Of a DNA stretch of 6,533 nucleotides, positions 1-6,533 are shown piece after piece. The notes below the pieces were generated by a model. That model had not been told where the DNA came from. It saw only the letters and a program-made list of their open reading frames with translations, and did not search any database. Every line of letters begins with the position of its first letter. The stretch's first letter is position 1. The DNA lies in the IMG/VR virus record IMGVR_UViG_2548876862_000011, positions 1 to 6,533 of that record, one strand, 5' to 3'. This stretch comes from a virus (taxonomy: Duplodnaviria > Heunggongvirae > Uroviricota > Caudoviricetes). The position numbers and the translations under genes were made by a program.

Positions 1-3000
1 GGGGAAAGCTTTGCCCACTGTTTTAACGAGATCGCCTTCAATCTGGTTCGCGGACAATTTTCCCAGAACCCGACAGTTCTCGTTAATCGTGACGTTGTTG
101 AGCGTCCCGGAGTTCGCATTCACGTTACCGCTGATATCGGCATTTTTCGCCGTCAGCCGCCCGTCCGGTGTCAGGGAAAATGCCGGAGGATTACCGCCGC
201 TGGTAATGGTGGGAGCCGTCAGATATTTCAGGAACACTTCATTCATAAATATCTGATCGCCCTGACCAACAAACATCGGCTTTGTGTTGCCATTCGCAGG
301 ATTAATCATCGCAATCCTGTCTGCCGCCAGCAGCACCTGACTCTGCATTCCTGCTGGCGTATTCTCAATACCGGCACCGATACCCGCAATATAAAGGCGT
401 CCGTCCTGCATCTGCTGCAGTTTCACGGCCCACATGCTGTTCAGGTTATTATTTGTATCAACCTGAACTTTCTGTATCTGCTGGATTGCCGCACTCTGAT
501 TTTCCAGTTTTTTATTGACGGTCTGCGTGATTTCATTGCTGACATTCGTAATGGACGTCCTGATTTCAGCCAGGTCCGGCGCAAGCTGACCGTTATCAAT
601 CTGCGTCCACAGCTCCTGGGCCAGATGTGTTTTCCCGATTTCTCCTTTGAAAAAATCCAGGTAACCTTCCGCATCATCGCTCGCCCGACCGACAGCCTCC
701 ACGAATGCCGATTTGCCAACAGTATTCACACTGCGGATATAAAAATAATAATCATGGCCCGGTTTGATATTGATACTGGCAGCTATCCAGTACAGCGCCG
801 AGCCAAGATAGCGGGCTGCGGTTTCAACCTGCCTGATATCCGCAATCCGCTTTTCCGAGAACCAGAACTCAAACTGTACCGTCGGGTCATAAACGGCAAG
901 ATGCGGCGTGGCGGTTATCTGAAAATAGCCCGGCGTCAGCTCAATCCGCGACGGTGCTGCCGGTGCGGCAATCCGGAAGGTGGTGGTGGCAGGTTCACCC
1001 TGCTGGCCATAGCTGTTTATCGCCCGCACCGTCAGGGTGTATTCCCCGAGCGGCAGGCCGCTGAAACGGTGCTCCGTGTCTGCGGTGATGGCGGTGGTCA
1101 CCAGTCTGGCATCCGTTCCCTTACCACTGGTCAGGCGCAGACTGAAGCGCACGCCCTTCACCACCCGCGGCGTGTCCCATTTAGCCTGCGCCAGATACTG
1201 GCCGTCAGCTGCACTCACCTCCACCGTCAGGTGCTGTACTGCCGGTGGGATGACGCTGTTCAGGGAACCTGACTGCGGCTCAAAGCGGGCACCGTTATCC
1301 ACGATGGCTTCTTTTTCCGGTACGTGCTGCACCGCCGTGATGGCAAAGGTGCCGTCCGTGTTTTCCCGGACGGAGACACAGCGGAACAGGCGACGGCGCA
1401 GTGACGGCAGGGAGAGTCCCCACACCCCGTATGTCTCCACACCATCAGGCAGGGTACTGACCTGTATCCGGTCCGGCGCGGGGTGTGCGGTGATGTCCAC
1501 ACTCACCGGCTTACCGCTGCCGTTAATCAGGTTCACCGCCGATGTACCTGTCTCCGGCAGGGTAACCTCACGGTCCAGCGTCAGGGTGCGGGTGGCAGCA
1601 TCAATGGACAGGACACGTCCGCCGGTCAGGGTCCCGGCATAGTCATTATCACAGATTTCAATAATGTCACCGGGTGTGTGCCGCAGCCCCTGAGACCCGA
1701 GCGTGAAATCCACCGTCTGCGTTTCCAGCAGTTCGGTCTTTATCACCCACAGTCCGGCACGGTGGGCCTGACCGCGGCTGGTACAGCCGAACGCGTCCAT
1801 CTTCAGCAGGTTGCGTCCGTAGCGCAGTATGGCTTCCGGGTCTTCCACCAGTTCCGTGGAGGTCTGCCAGCCGTTCTGCGGGTCGGTGTAATTCACCTCC
1901 ACCGCCGTGTGCCGGTCCTTCAGGGCACTGAAGCTGTAGCGGAATCCCACGCCGTTATCATCCACCACCACATCGCTGTTGGTGTACGGCCACACCACAT
2001 CCGACGGGCGGTCCTGAACGAACGTCAGCGTCTGGCCGTTCCATACCGGCATACAGCGCATCGCCGAGCAGAAATCACTGAGAACGTCCCACGCCTTACG
2101 CTGTTGTGACAGGTACGCATTAAAGGTCATCCGCGGCTCTGTGCCCCCGAAACCATCCGGGACCGTCTGGTCGCAGTACTGCCCGATGGCATACAGCGCC
2201 CACTTGTCCACATCCGCCGCCCCCAGACGTTTTCCCATGCCGTAGCGCGGGTGAGTCAGCATGTCCCACAGACACCAGGCCGGGCTGTTGCTGTATGCCG
2301 GTTTCAGACTGCCGTCCCAGATACCACTGTACGTGCGTTTTTCCGGGTCATAGTTTGACGGCACCTGGATGATGCGACCGCGGATATGGTAGTTCACCGT
2401 CATCTGCTGGCCGCCGAACTGCTCCGCATCCACCTGCAGCCCCACAATGGCCGTGTTCGGGTAGCACTGTTTCACATCGATGATTTCGGTGTATGACGAC
2501 CACAGCGTCTTATTCTGCAGCTGGTCCGTGGTGCTGTCCGCCGTCTCCCTGACCATCCGGATGTTAAAGGGCCGGGGAGGCAGATTATCCAGAATCACCG
2601 AGGCCAGGAACTGTGAGGTGGTCTTGCCGTTAATGGTGACGTCCTTTTCTGTCACCCAGTTACCGTTACGCTGTAACTGAATCAGCAGGCGGACGGATGC
2701 CGGGTTACGGTCACCCTTTGAGGTGGTCTCCACCAGTGACTGCACCCCGAAGGTAACCCGCAGGCGGTCAATGTTCGCGGACGTAATGGTGCGCGTCACC
2801 GGTTTTGCCTTCGTCACTTCCACGCCCAGTCCGGTTTCAGCTCCGGAGGACTCAAAGCCTTCCGGTGGTGTCTGCTCCTGCTCCCCGGCACGCCAGACCG
2901 CGGTCACACCGTGTATCACGGGATTGCCGTCCGTGTCCGTCAGTGGGGTTTTGTTCACCAGAATACTCTGCAGTCCCTTCACCGGACCTTCTATCGGTCC

Positions 3001-3096
3001 CTCACCAATCGCATCAATCACACTCATCATCTGCGTGGATTTGAGATTATCCTTCGCCTCACGAGGCGTGTGTGCCTTACCGCCACCTTTTCCCAT
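1..3096 (-). CDS. J: Central tail fiber / host-specificity (tip attachment) protein J-like; N-terminal 1032 codons, 3' end beyond the window
   Basis: Hand translation of the minus strand from ATG at 3096-3094 ([42 protein letters not shown]...) stays open for all 1032 codons to position 1 (3096 nt, ends ...GKAFP). SD-like GGGGAAGG sits 4 nt upstream. Long stretches resemble lambda gpJ as I recall it (e.g. [72 protein letters not shown]). Missing from the ORF track because no stop lies in the window. Confidence 0.9.
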   Translation of the reverse strand, partial: MGKGGGKAHTPREAKDNLKSTQMMSVIDAIGEGPIEGPVKGLQSILVNKTPLTDTDGNPVIHGVTAVWRAGEQEQTPPEGFESSGAETGLGVEVTKAKPVTRTITSANIDRLRVTFGVQSLVETTSKGDRNPASVRLLIQLQRNGNWVTEKDVTINGKTTSQFLASVILDNLPPRPFNIRMVRETADSTTDQLQNKTLWSSYTEIIDVKQCYPNTAIVGLQVDAEQFGGQQMTVNYHIRGRIIQVPSNYDPEKRTYSGIWDGSLKPAYSNSPAWCLWDMLTHPRYGMGKRLGAADVDKWALYAIGQYCDQTVPDGFGGTEPRMTFNAYLSQQRKAWDVLSDFCSAMRCMPVWNGQTLTFVQDRPSDVVWPYTNSDVVVDDNGVGFRYSFSALKDRHTAVEVNYTDPQNGWQTSTELVEDPEAILRYGRNLLKMDAFGCTSRGQAHRAGLWVIKTELLETQTVDFTLGSQGLRHTPGDIIEICDNDYAGTLTGGRVLSIDAATRTLTLDREVTLPETGTSAVNLINGSGKPVSVDITAHPAPDRIQVSTLPDGVETYGVWGLSLPSLRRRLFRCVSVRENTDGTFAITAVQHVPEKEAIVDNGARFEPQSGSLNSVIPPAVQHLTVEVSAADGQYLAQAKWDTPRVVKGVRFSLRLTSGKGTDARLVTTAITADTEHRFSGLPLGEYTLTVRAINSYGQQGEPATTTFRIAAPAAPSRIELTPGYFQITATPHLAVYDPTVQFEFWFSEKRIADIRQVETAARYLGSALYWIAASINIKPGHDYYFYIRSVNTVGKSAFVEAVGRASDDAEGYLDFFKGEIGKTHLAQELWTQIDNGQLAPDLAEIRTSITNVSNEITQTVNKKLENQSAAIQQIQKVQVDTNNNLNSMWAVKLQQMQDGRLYIAGIGAGIENTPAGMQSQVLLAADRIAMINPANGNTKPMFVGQGDQIFMNEVFLKYLTAPTITSGGNPPAFSLTPDGRLTAKNADISGNVNANSGTLNNVTINENCRVLGKLSANQIEGDLVKTVGKAFP

Positions 3097-3198
3097 ACAG
3101 CCTTCCCCTGAATAAATTAACCGCCACTTGCCATTCCGTACAGAAGTCGGATATCCTTCGCCCGAAAAGCATGAAACACATTTCTGCCATGCTAAAGA

Positions 3199-3236
3199 GA
3201 AACCCCGGTATCAGCAGATACCGGGGTTTTCTTTCA
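3199..3236. terminator. Perfect 10-bp GC-rich hairpin with U-rich tracts on both sides; candidate bidirectional intrinsic terminator
   Basis: ccccggtatc (3203-3212), loop agca, gataccgggg (3217-3226); A/T pairs extend the stem at the base. Plus-strand 3' flank is ttttctttc; minus-strand 3' flank reads tttctcttt. Confidence 0.45.
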
Positions 3237-3301
3237 TGCCCACCGATAATCCTGTTGGTTAAAACCGGTAATGGCATAAAAATTCTGAATATCTTCACAT
3301 T

Positions 3302-3329
3302 TTCACACACTGACTGTGGCGCTTATAAT
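3302..3329 (+). promoter_or_regulatory. Candidate sigma70 promoter: -35 TTCACA, 16-bp spacer, -10 TATAAT
   Basis: TTCACA at 3302-3307 (5/6 match to TTGACA), TATAAT at 3324-3329 (6/6), A/T-rich region immediately upstream (3261-3300). Points toward gene I, antisense to the tail operon. Confidence 0.4.
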
Positions 3330-3335
3330 TTCGCT

Positions 3336-3433
3336 GCGTTAGTGTTTTTTTGCCCGAGTAACAAAAACAACTCCTTAACATTGATCTTCATTTGTCTGTC
3401 CCCGCAGCTCCGCGATCACTGCGGGATTTTTTT
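3336..3433 (+). ncRNA. Hypothetical small RNA of about 100 nt defined by the promoter at 3302-3329 and the terminator at 3401-3433
   Basis: Promoter-to-terminator spacing fits a short transcript starting near 3336. No ATG and no SD on the plus strand within it. Contains CUCCUU (3371-3376), complementary to a Shine-Dalgarno sequence. Inferred from sequence only. Confidence 0.25.
3401..3433 (+). terminator. Rho-independent terminator, plus-strand orientation only
   Basis: Stem cccgcag (3401-3407) / ctgcggg (3419-3425), 11-nt loop, followed by attttttt (3426-3433). On the minus strand the hairpin is preceded rather than followed by the T-run, so it should not terminate tail-operon transcription. 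Confidence 0.6.
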
Positions 3434-3438
3434 ATGTT

Positions 3439-4119
3439 TTATCCCTGTCGCCCGACAACCACGACCGTTCCGCCCCCGCCTTCATCACGGGTGCTGATGT
3501 CCTGGGATATACGGCGGGAGCCAACCAGCATTTCCCCGTAAGGCACCGGCATCGGGTTCCCCTGGGCAATCATGTTATCCAGCGAGGAAAAGTACGTGTT
3601 CTGTCTGCCGTTATCCGTTGCGCGGTAATCCGGTGTTTTTGCCTTCGGGGCCAGCATCTGGGCCACACCGCCCAGAATCATGCTGGCTCCAAGTGAAAAC
3701 AGCATCGTGGTGGCAGAAAAACCACCGGCTGCCAGGGCTGAACCCCATAACGCCATTGATGCCCCGGCAGTGAAGAAAGAGCCCACGATGGCTGCCGCCC
3801 CCAGCACAATCTGCAGTCCACCCTTTCCGGCCCCGGCCAGTCGCGGCACAATGTGGATGACCGTTCCCTCACCCAGCTGTTCGTGAAGACGGGCGTACAC
3901 CGCCTCCGGTGCCGTGTCATAACCGGCAATACGTATCTGGTACCAGCCTTCGTTCATCTGACGGCGAAAGCCCGGCACCTGTAACGACAGCGCCCGGATG
4001 GCTTCCGCTGCCGTGTTCACATACAGGCTGAGGCGGCGGCCAAATCGTTGCAAATCCCCGTGAAGGCAGATGCGTGCCAGTGGCGGTGACGCCAGACAGA
4101 ATGCGTTCGTCGTTGCCAT
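3439..4119 (-). CDS. I: Tail assembly protein I-like (ubiquitin-like N-terminal domain family), 226 aa
   Basis: ORF with ATG at 4119-4117 and stop TAA at 3441-3439; SD-like GGAGAGG about 10 nt upstream. Protein (MATTNAFCLASPPLARICLHGDLQRFGRR...GGGGTVVVVGRQG) resembles lambda gpI as recalled. Starts 103 nt inside the 3' end of K in another frame. Confidence 0.9.
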   Translation of the reverse strand: MATTNAFCLASPPLARICLHGDLQRFGRRLSLYVNTAAEAIRALSLQVPGFRRQMNEGWYQIRIAGYDTAPEAVYARLHEQLGEGTVIHIVPRLAGAGKGGLQIVLGAAAIVGSFFTAGASMALWGSALAAGGFSATTMLFSLGASMILGGVAQMLAPKAKTPDYRATDNGRQNTYFSSLDNMIAQGNPMPVPYGEMLVGSRRISQDISTRDEGGGGTVVVVGRQG

Positions 4120-4760
4120 TTTTCGGAATACCTCTCCCGTTTACTCAGTTGTTCAGGCAGATGGTGAAGCAGCTCACCGTTGCCGCAGTAAATGGCGGCA
4201 TGGTTCGGTACCGAAGCACCAAAGCAGCACAGCAGAATATCGCCCGCCTGTGCAGAGGACAGGGGCACCCGGTAAAAGCCGGTGACCGCCATATTGTCCA
4301 GGTAAAGGTTCTGACCGTTGCGCCACCAGTCATCCTCGCGATGAAAATCCGGCATTTCAGTCCCCGCCAGATGATAAGCATCCCGGAACAGCGTGTAACA
4401 GTCCGTCACCCCGTGCTCAAAGCGCCGTCCTGTCAGATGTGGCACACAGCGGAATTTGTGAATGTCACCCCGGCAGACCAGCCACCAGGGCAGTGCGCTT
4501 TTTATCTGCAGCCGCCGGTCAGCCTCGCTCAGCCAGGGCAGCCCACCGGGATGACTGTGGACCAGTGCCACAATCTCCCCCTGCATCTCTGCCCGCAGCC
4601 AGTCTTCCGGTGCGATACGAAAATACGCCTCCGGCTCTGCAGAAATATTCACACAAGGGATATACCACTCCCCCTCCGGCGTGCTTATCACGAAGCCGCA
4701 CGACTCCGCAGGCACACACCGCCGGGCATGCGCCAGAATCGCTGATTCTGTCTGTGTCAT
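4017..4760 (-). CDS. K: Tail assembly protein K-like with JAB/MPN (JAMM) metalloprotease motif and NlpC/P60-like region, 247 aa (long form)
   Basis: ORF ATG 4760-4758 to TGA 4019-4017. JAMM signature H-S-H-x7-S-x2-D present as HSHPGGLPWLSEAD (residues 68-83), with an upstream Glu in PAESCG. Downstream Cys/His-containing region (GVTDCYTLF ... HAAIYCG) fits NlpC/P60. Starts 5 nt after the L stop, with no obvious SD, suggesting translational coupling. Confidence 0.85.
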   Translation of the reverse strand: MTQTESAILAHARRCVPAESCGFVISTPEGEWYIPCVNISAEPEAYFRIAPEDWLRAEMQGEIVALVHSHPGGLPWLSEADRRLQIKSALPWWLVCRGDIHKFRCVPHLTGRRFEHGVTDCYTLFRDAYHLAGTEMPDFHREDDWWRNGQNLYLDNMAVTGFYRVPLSSAQAGDILLCCFGASVPNHAAIYCGNGELLHHLPEQLSKRERYSEKWQRRTHSVWRHRHWHASAFTGICNDLAAASACM

Positions 4761-4765
4761 TGGAT

Positions 4766-5464
4766 TTACTGCGAAAGTTTGTTAATGGAAAGGAAACCGC
4801 CAAAATTAGCCACCATGCCGCGCATCTCACACCCGCGCATGCACTTGCTGCATCTGTCCTTACGGATATCGGTGGTGGGTTTATCGAACTCATCCGCCAC
4901 CGCAGGACCGTTATACCCGCATTCATCTCCCCGGTAATCCCACATACAGGTGTTCGCCAGCATGATGCGACCGGGAAACAGCGCCCCATCCGTCTCGGTC
5001 GGTGTAGCCAGCACAAACGAGGCCGTCATGGCTGTCAGCTGCGACATCTGCTCCACCACCCAGCGGTCACTCAGCTCCTGCTCCGGGTCCGCCTCCGGAT
5101 TGCCCGCAACGAAATTCACCGCATCCAGAAAACGGGCATACACCCGGCGGCGGACCACCGTGGCCCCCACCAGACTCTGCAGGTCCTCCGCCATCCCGGT
5201 GACAAGGCCAAACAGATTGGACACCGTCAGCGACGGGCGGGCACTGCTGCCCCGGCCGTTCATCTCAAAGCCGCTGCCGTCAATCGGGTATGCCTCATAC
5301 TTACGCCCCTGCCAGGTGACCGGCTCCCCTTTTTCATTCAGCTCATTACAGAAAAAATACCGCTCACCACCCTGTACCGTCAGGTCGATTTCCCAGAGTA
5401 CCACCCGCGGTGACTGCTCTGACTTAACCGACTCGTTCAGACTTTCTTCGCGAATATCCTGCAT
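4766..5464 (-). CDS. L: Minor tail / tail tip protein L-like, 232 aa
   Basis: ORF ATG 5464-5462 to stop at 4768-4766. Start overlaps the M stop by 1 nt (TGATG). SD-like AGGTGGTG upstream. C-terminal cysteine cluster (C173, C182, C205, C208, C212). Same length and position as lambda gpL. Confidence 0.9.
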   Translation of the reverse strand: MQDIREESLNESVKSEQSPRVVLWEIDLTVQGGERYFFCNELNEKGEPVTWQGRKYEAYPIDGSGFEMNGRGSSARPSLTVSNLFGLVTGMAEDLQSLVGATVVRRRVYARFLDAVNFVAGNPEADPEQELSDRWVVEQMSQLTAMTASFVLATPTETDGALFPGRIMLANTCMWDYRGDECGYNGPAVADEFDKPTTDIRKDRCSKCMRGCEMRGMVANFGGFLSINKLSQ

Positions 5465-5805
5465 CAGTTCACCACCTGCTCAATCGTACAACTGAAATCA
5501 CTGTACCTGGCGTTATCTGTGACGCTCCACTCCCGGCACACCACCCTCACCGTCCGGTTATGTTTCGGCGGTCGCCACAAAAAGGCACGGTAACCACCAT
5601 GCCAGGATAAAAATTCATCCAGCCAGCGCCGGGTTGGTTCATCCGTCACCCGGAACACCGCCTGAAACGTCTTCAGTCTGGCATTAAGTCCCGTCGGTCG
5701 GCGCTGTTCATAACCGTCACCAAACCGAACCCTCACCACCGACGGTTTCTCACTCACCTGCATCCCTTCACGCGGGACCAGATGCAGCGTTTTTATCTCA
5801 GCCAC
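5464..5805 (-). CDS. M: Minor tail / tail tip protein M-like, 113 aa
   Basis: ORF from GTG at 5805-5803 (GGAGG SD 8 nt upstream) to TGA at 5466-5464; overlaps the H stop by 8 nt. C-terminus ...CTIEQVVN matches my memory of the lambda gpM C-terminus. An internal ATG at 5763 is an alternative start but has poor SD spacing. Confidence 0.85.
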   Translation of the reverse strand: MAEIKTLHLVPREGMQVSEKPSVVRVRFGDGYEQRRPTGLNARLKTFQAVFRVTDEPTRRWLDEFLSWHGGYRAFLWRPPKHNRTVRVVCREWSVTDNARYSDFSCTIEQVVN

Positions 5806-6481
5806 TCAGCATTCCTCCGTCACGTCGCATGGACAGCATCACCGCCTGCACCCGCTGGTCAATCAGCTGCACAAGACTGCCTGCCGCCTCCGCCCCTATC
5901 TGTCCGTTAGCCCCGTCATTCTGAATGGCGATGTGGTAGACCGGGGAATACACCAGACCGGCACTGCCGTTCATACTGCCCACCGCGCGTACGCCCAGCG
6001 AGCCATCCGCCGCCCGGGTCAGGGGCATAATGGCTTCAGGTCCGGCTTCCCCCATCAGCCCGGCCCCTTTTGCAAACGCAAAGTACGTGGGCGTGTCCAC
6101 AATGCTGTTGCTGTACGCACTCAGGTTTGCCGAGGTATACACGCCGCCTTTTGCATTGGCCACCGCACCGCCCAGCCAGTCACCAATGCTGCCAATAAAT
6201 CCTCCCGCACCGGACATACCGTTTGCCGCCGTCTTAATTCCGTTGACAATCGCGGCATTCATAAGAACTTTTGAGATTTCCTGCAGTACGGATGAGGCCC
6301 AGTTGCGCCATTCCACTTTGTTTCCGTTCAGCATCTCCGTGATGTTATTCACCATCCCTGAGATACCCTCCGTCGCAAGCTGTGCTGCCTGTGAAGCGTA
6401 ATCGGATGCATTGTCCACCCAGTTACTGAGCCCCTCCTGCAAGCCTTTCTGCCAGTCCGCACGCTGCGCATCCGATTCGTA
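5798..6481 (-). CDS. H: Tail tape measure protein H-like, C-terminal 227 codons only; reading frame closed upstream by a stop at 6482-6484
   Basis: Frame is open from 6481 down to stop TGA at 5800-5798 (...YESDAQRADWQKGLQEGLSNWVDNASDY...RRDGGMLSG). Gly/Ala-rich C-terminal region and position immediately upstream of M fit a lambda-type tape measure C-terminus. The track's start at 6442 is a TTG codon, not a real start. No start codon or RBS for a full-length protein lies in the window. Confidence 0.8.
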   Translation of the reverse strand, partial: YESDAQRADWQKGLQEGLSNWVDNASDYASQAAQLATEGISGMVNNITEMLNGNKVEWRNWASSVLQEISKVLMNAAIVNGIKTAANGMSGAGGFIGSIGDWLGGAVANAKGGVYTSANLSAYSNSIVDTPTYFAFAKGAGLMGEAGPEAIMPLTRAADGSLGVRAVGSMNGSAGLVYSPVYHIAIQNDGANGQIGAEAAGSLVQLIDQRVQAVMLSMRRDGGMLSG

Positions 6482-6533
6482 TTAGACGTCAACTAGTTTT
6501 GCCGACTCGCGCCAACTATACTGGCCGCACCCT
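6482..6533. other. Non-coding segment at the window edge that interrupts the H frame; possible breakpoint or junction
   Basis: Stops in all three minus-strand frames within 6482-6533 (the H frame is closed by TAA at 6484-6482). Contains GACGTC (6485-6490) and ACTAGT (6492-6497). Confidence 0.3.

Noticed and set aside
441-1502. Minus-strand ORFs 441-719 (92 aa) and 1260-1502 (80 aa)
   Set aside because: Same strand as J but out of frame with it and wholly inside it; Arg-rich; no independent start signals.
625-2109. Three overlapping plus-strand ORFs (625-1272, 1037-1642, 1483-2109; 201-215 aa)
   Set aside because: They lie antisense to the continuous J reading frame; the proteins are Arg/Pro/His/Cys-rich low-complexity sequences typical of antisense frames in GC-rich genes; no RBS.
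2480-3115. Plus-strand ORFs 2480-2680, 2723-3115, 2805-3044, 2911-3111
   Set aside because: Antisense to, and nested inside, the 5' part of J; composition not protein-like.
3077-3310. Minus-strand 77-aa ORF upstream of J
   Set aside because: Contains the 3199-3236 hairpin in frame, overlaps the J start out of frame, and has no RBS.
3072-3497. Plus-strand 141-aa ORF spanning the whole I-J spacer
   Set aside because: Reads through the promoter and both terminator hairpins and continues antisense into I; no SD; far better explained as non-coding.
4614-4616. Shorter K start at the position used in the older lambda annotation
   Set aside because: The codon here is ATC (Ile), and starting there would cut off the Glu of the JAMM motif.
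3678-5016. Minus-strand ORFs 3678-3929, 4145-4381 and 4519-5016, and plus-strand ORFs 3680-3886, 4070-4285, 4074-4745, 4439-5413 and 4950-5495
   Set aside because: All are alternative-frame or antisense frames within the well-supported I, K and L genes.
5761-5763. Internal ATG as the M start (giving a 99-aa protein)
   Set aside because: The GTG at 5805 has a properly spaced GGAGG SD and overlaps the H stop as expected for coupling; the internal ATG has an SD-like GAAGGG directly adjacent. The choice remains uncertain.
5933-6401. Plus-strand ORFs 5933-6274 and 6030-6401
   Set aside because: Antisense to the H C-terminal coding region.
6485-6497. AatII and SpeI sites as proof of a cloning-vector junction
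   Set aside because: Two hexamer sites can occur by chance and no other vector-like sequence is recognisable in 49 bp; kept only as a caveat on the H truncation finding.
1-6533. CRISPR array, tRNA or rRNA genes, IS elements, integrase or attachment site, toxin-antitoxin or defence system
   Set aside because: I found no direct-repeat/spacer periodicity, cloverleaf-like segment, inverted terminal repeats or transposase frame; apart from the 342-bp spacer and the last 49 bp, the window is fully accounted for by tail genes.

Overview
The window is the reverse complement of a lambda-like (lambdoid siphovirus) tail-tip gene cluster, almost certainly from an enterobacterial phage or prophage. All real genes are on the minus strand, in the order H (tape measure, C-terminal 228 codons only), M, L, K, I, a 342-bp non-coding spacer, then J (central tail fiber / host-specificity protein, first 1032 codons, running off the left edge). 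J is absent from the ORF track only because it has no in-window stop; I translated it by hand from 3096 down to 1 and it is open throughout. The M/L 1-nt overlap and the K/I 103-nt out-of-frame overlap match the lambda arrangement. The plus-strand ORFs in the track are antisense artefacts of GC-rich coding sequence. I see no CRISPR array, tRNA, rRNA, IS element or recognisable defence system. The two places that deserve a second look are (1) the enlarged I-J spacer, which carries a near-consensus sigma70 promoter facing against the tail genes, an intrinsic terminator about 100 nt downstream, and a second bidirectional hairpin, suggesting a small antisense RNA or moron-like insert; and (2) the right edge, where the H reading frame hits a stop at 6482-6484 and the last 49 bp are closed in all three minus-strand frames, indicating a truncation or junction. 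Identifications rest on my own translation and on remembered lambda protein sequences and motifs; no database search was run.
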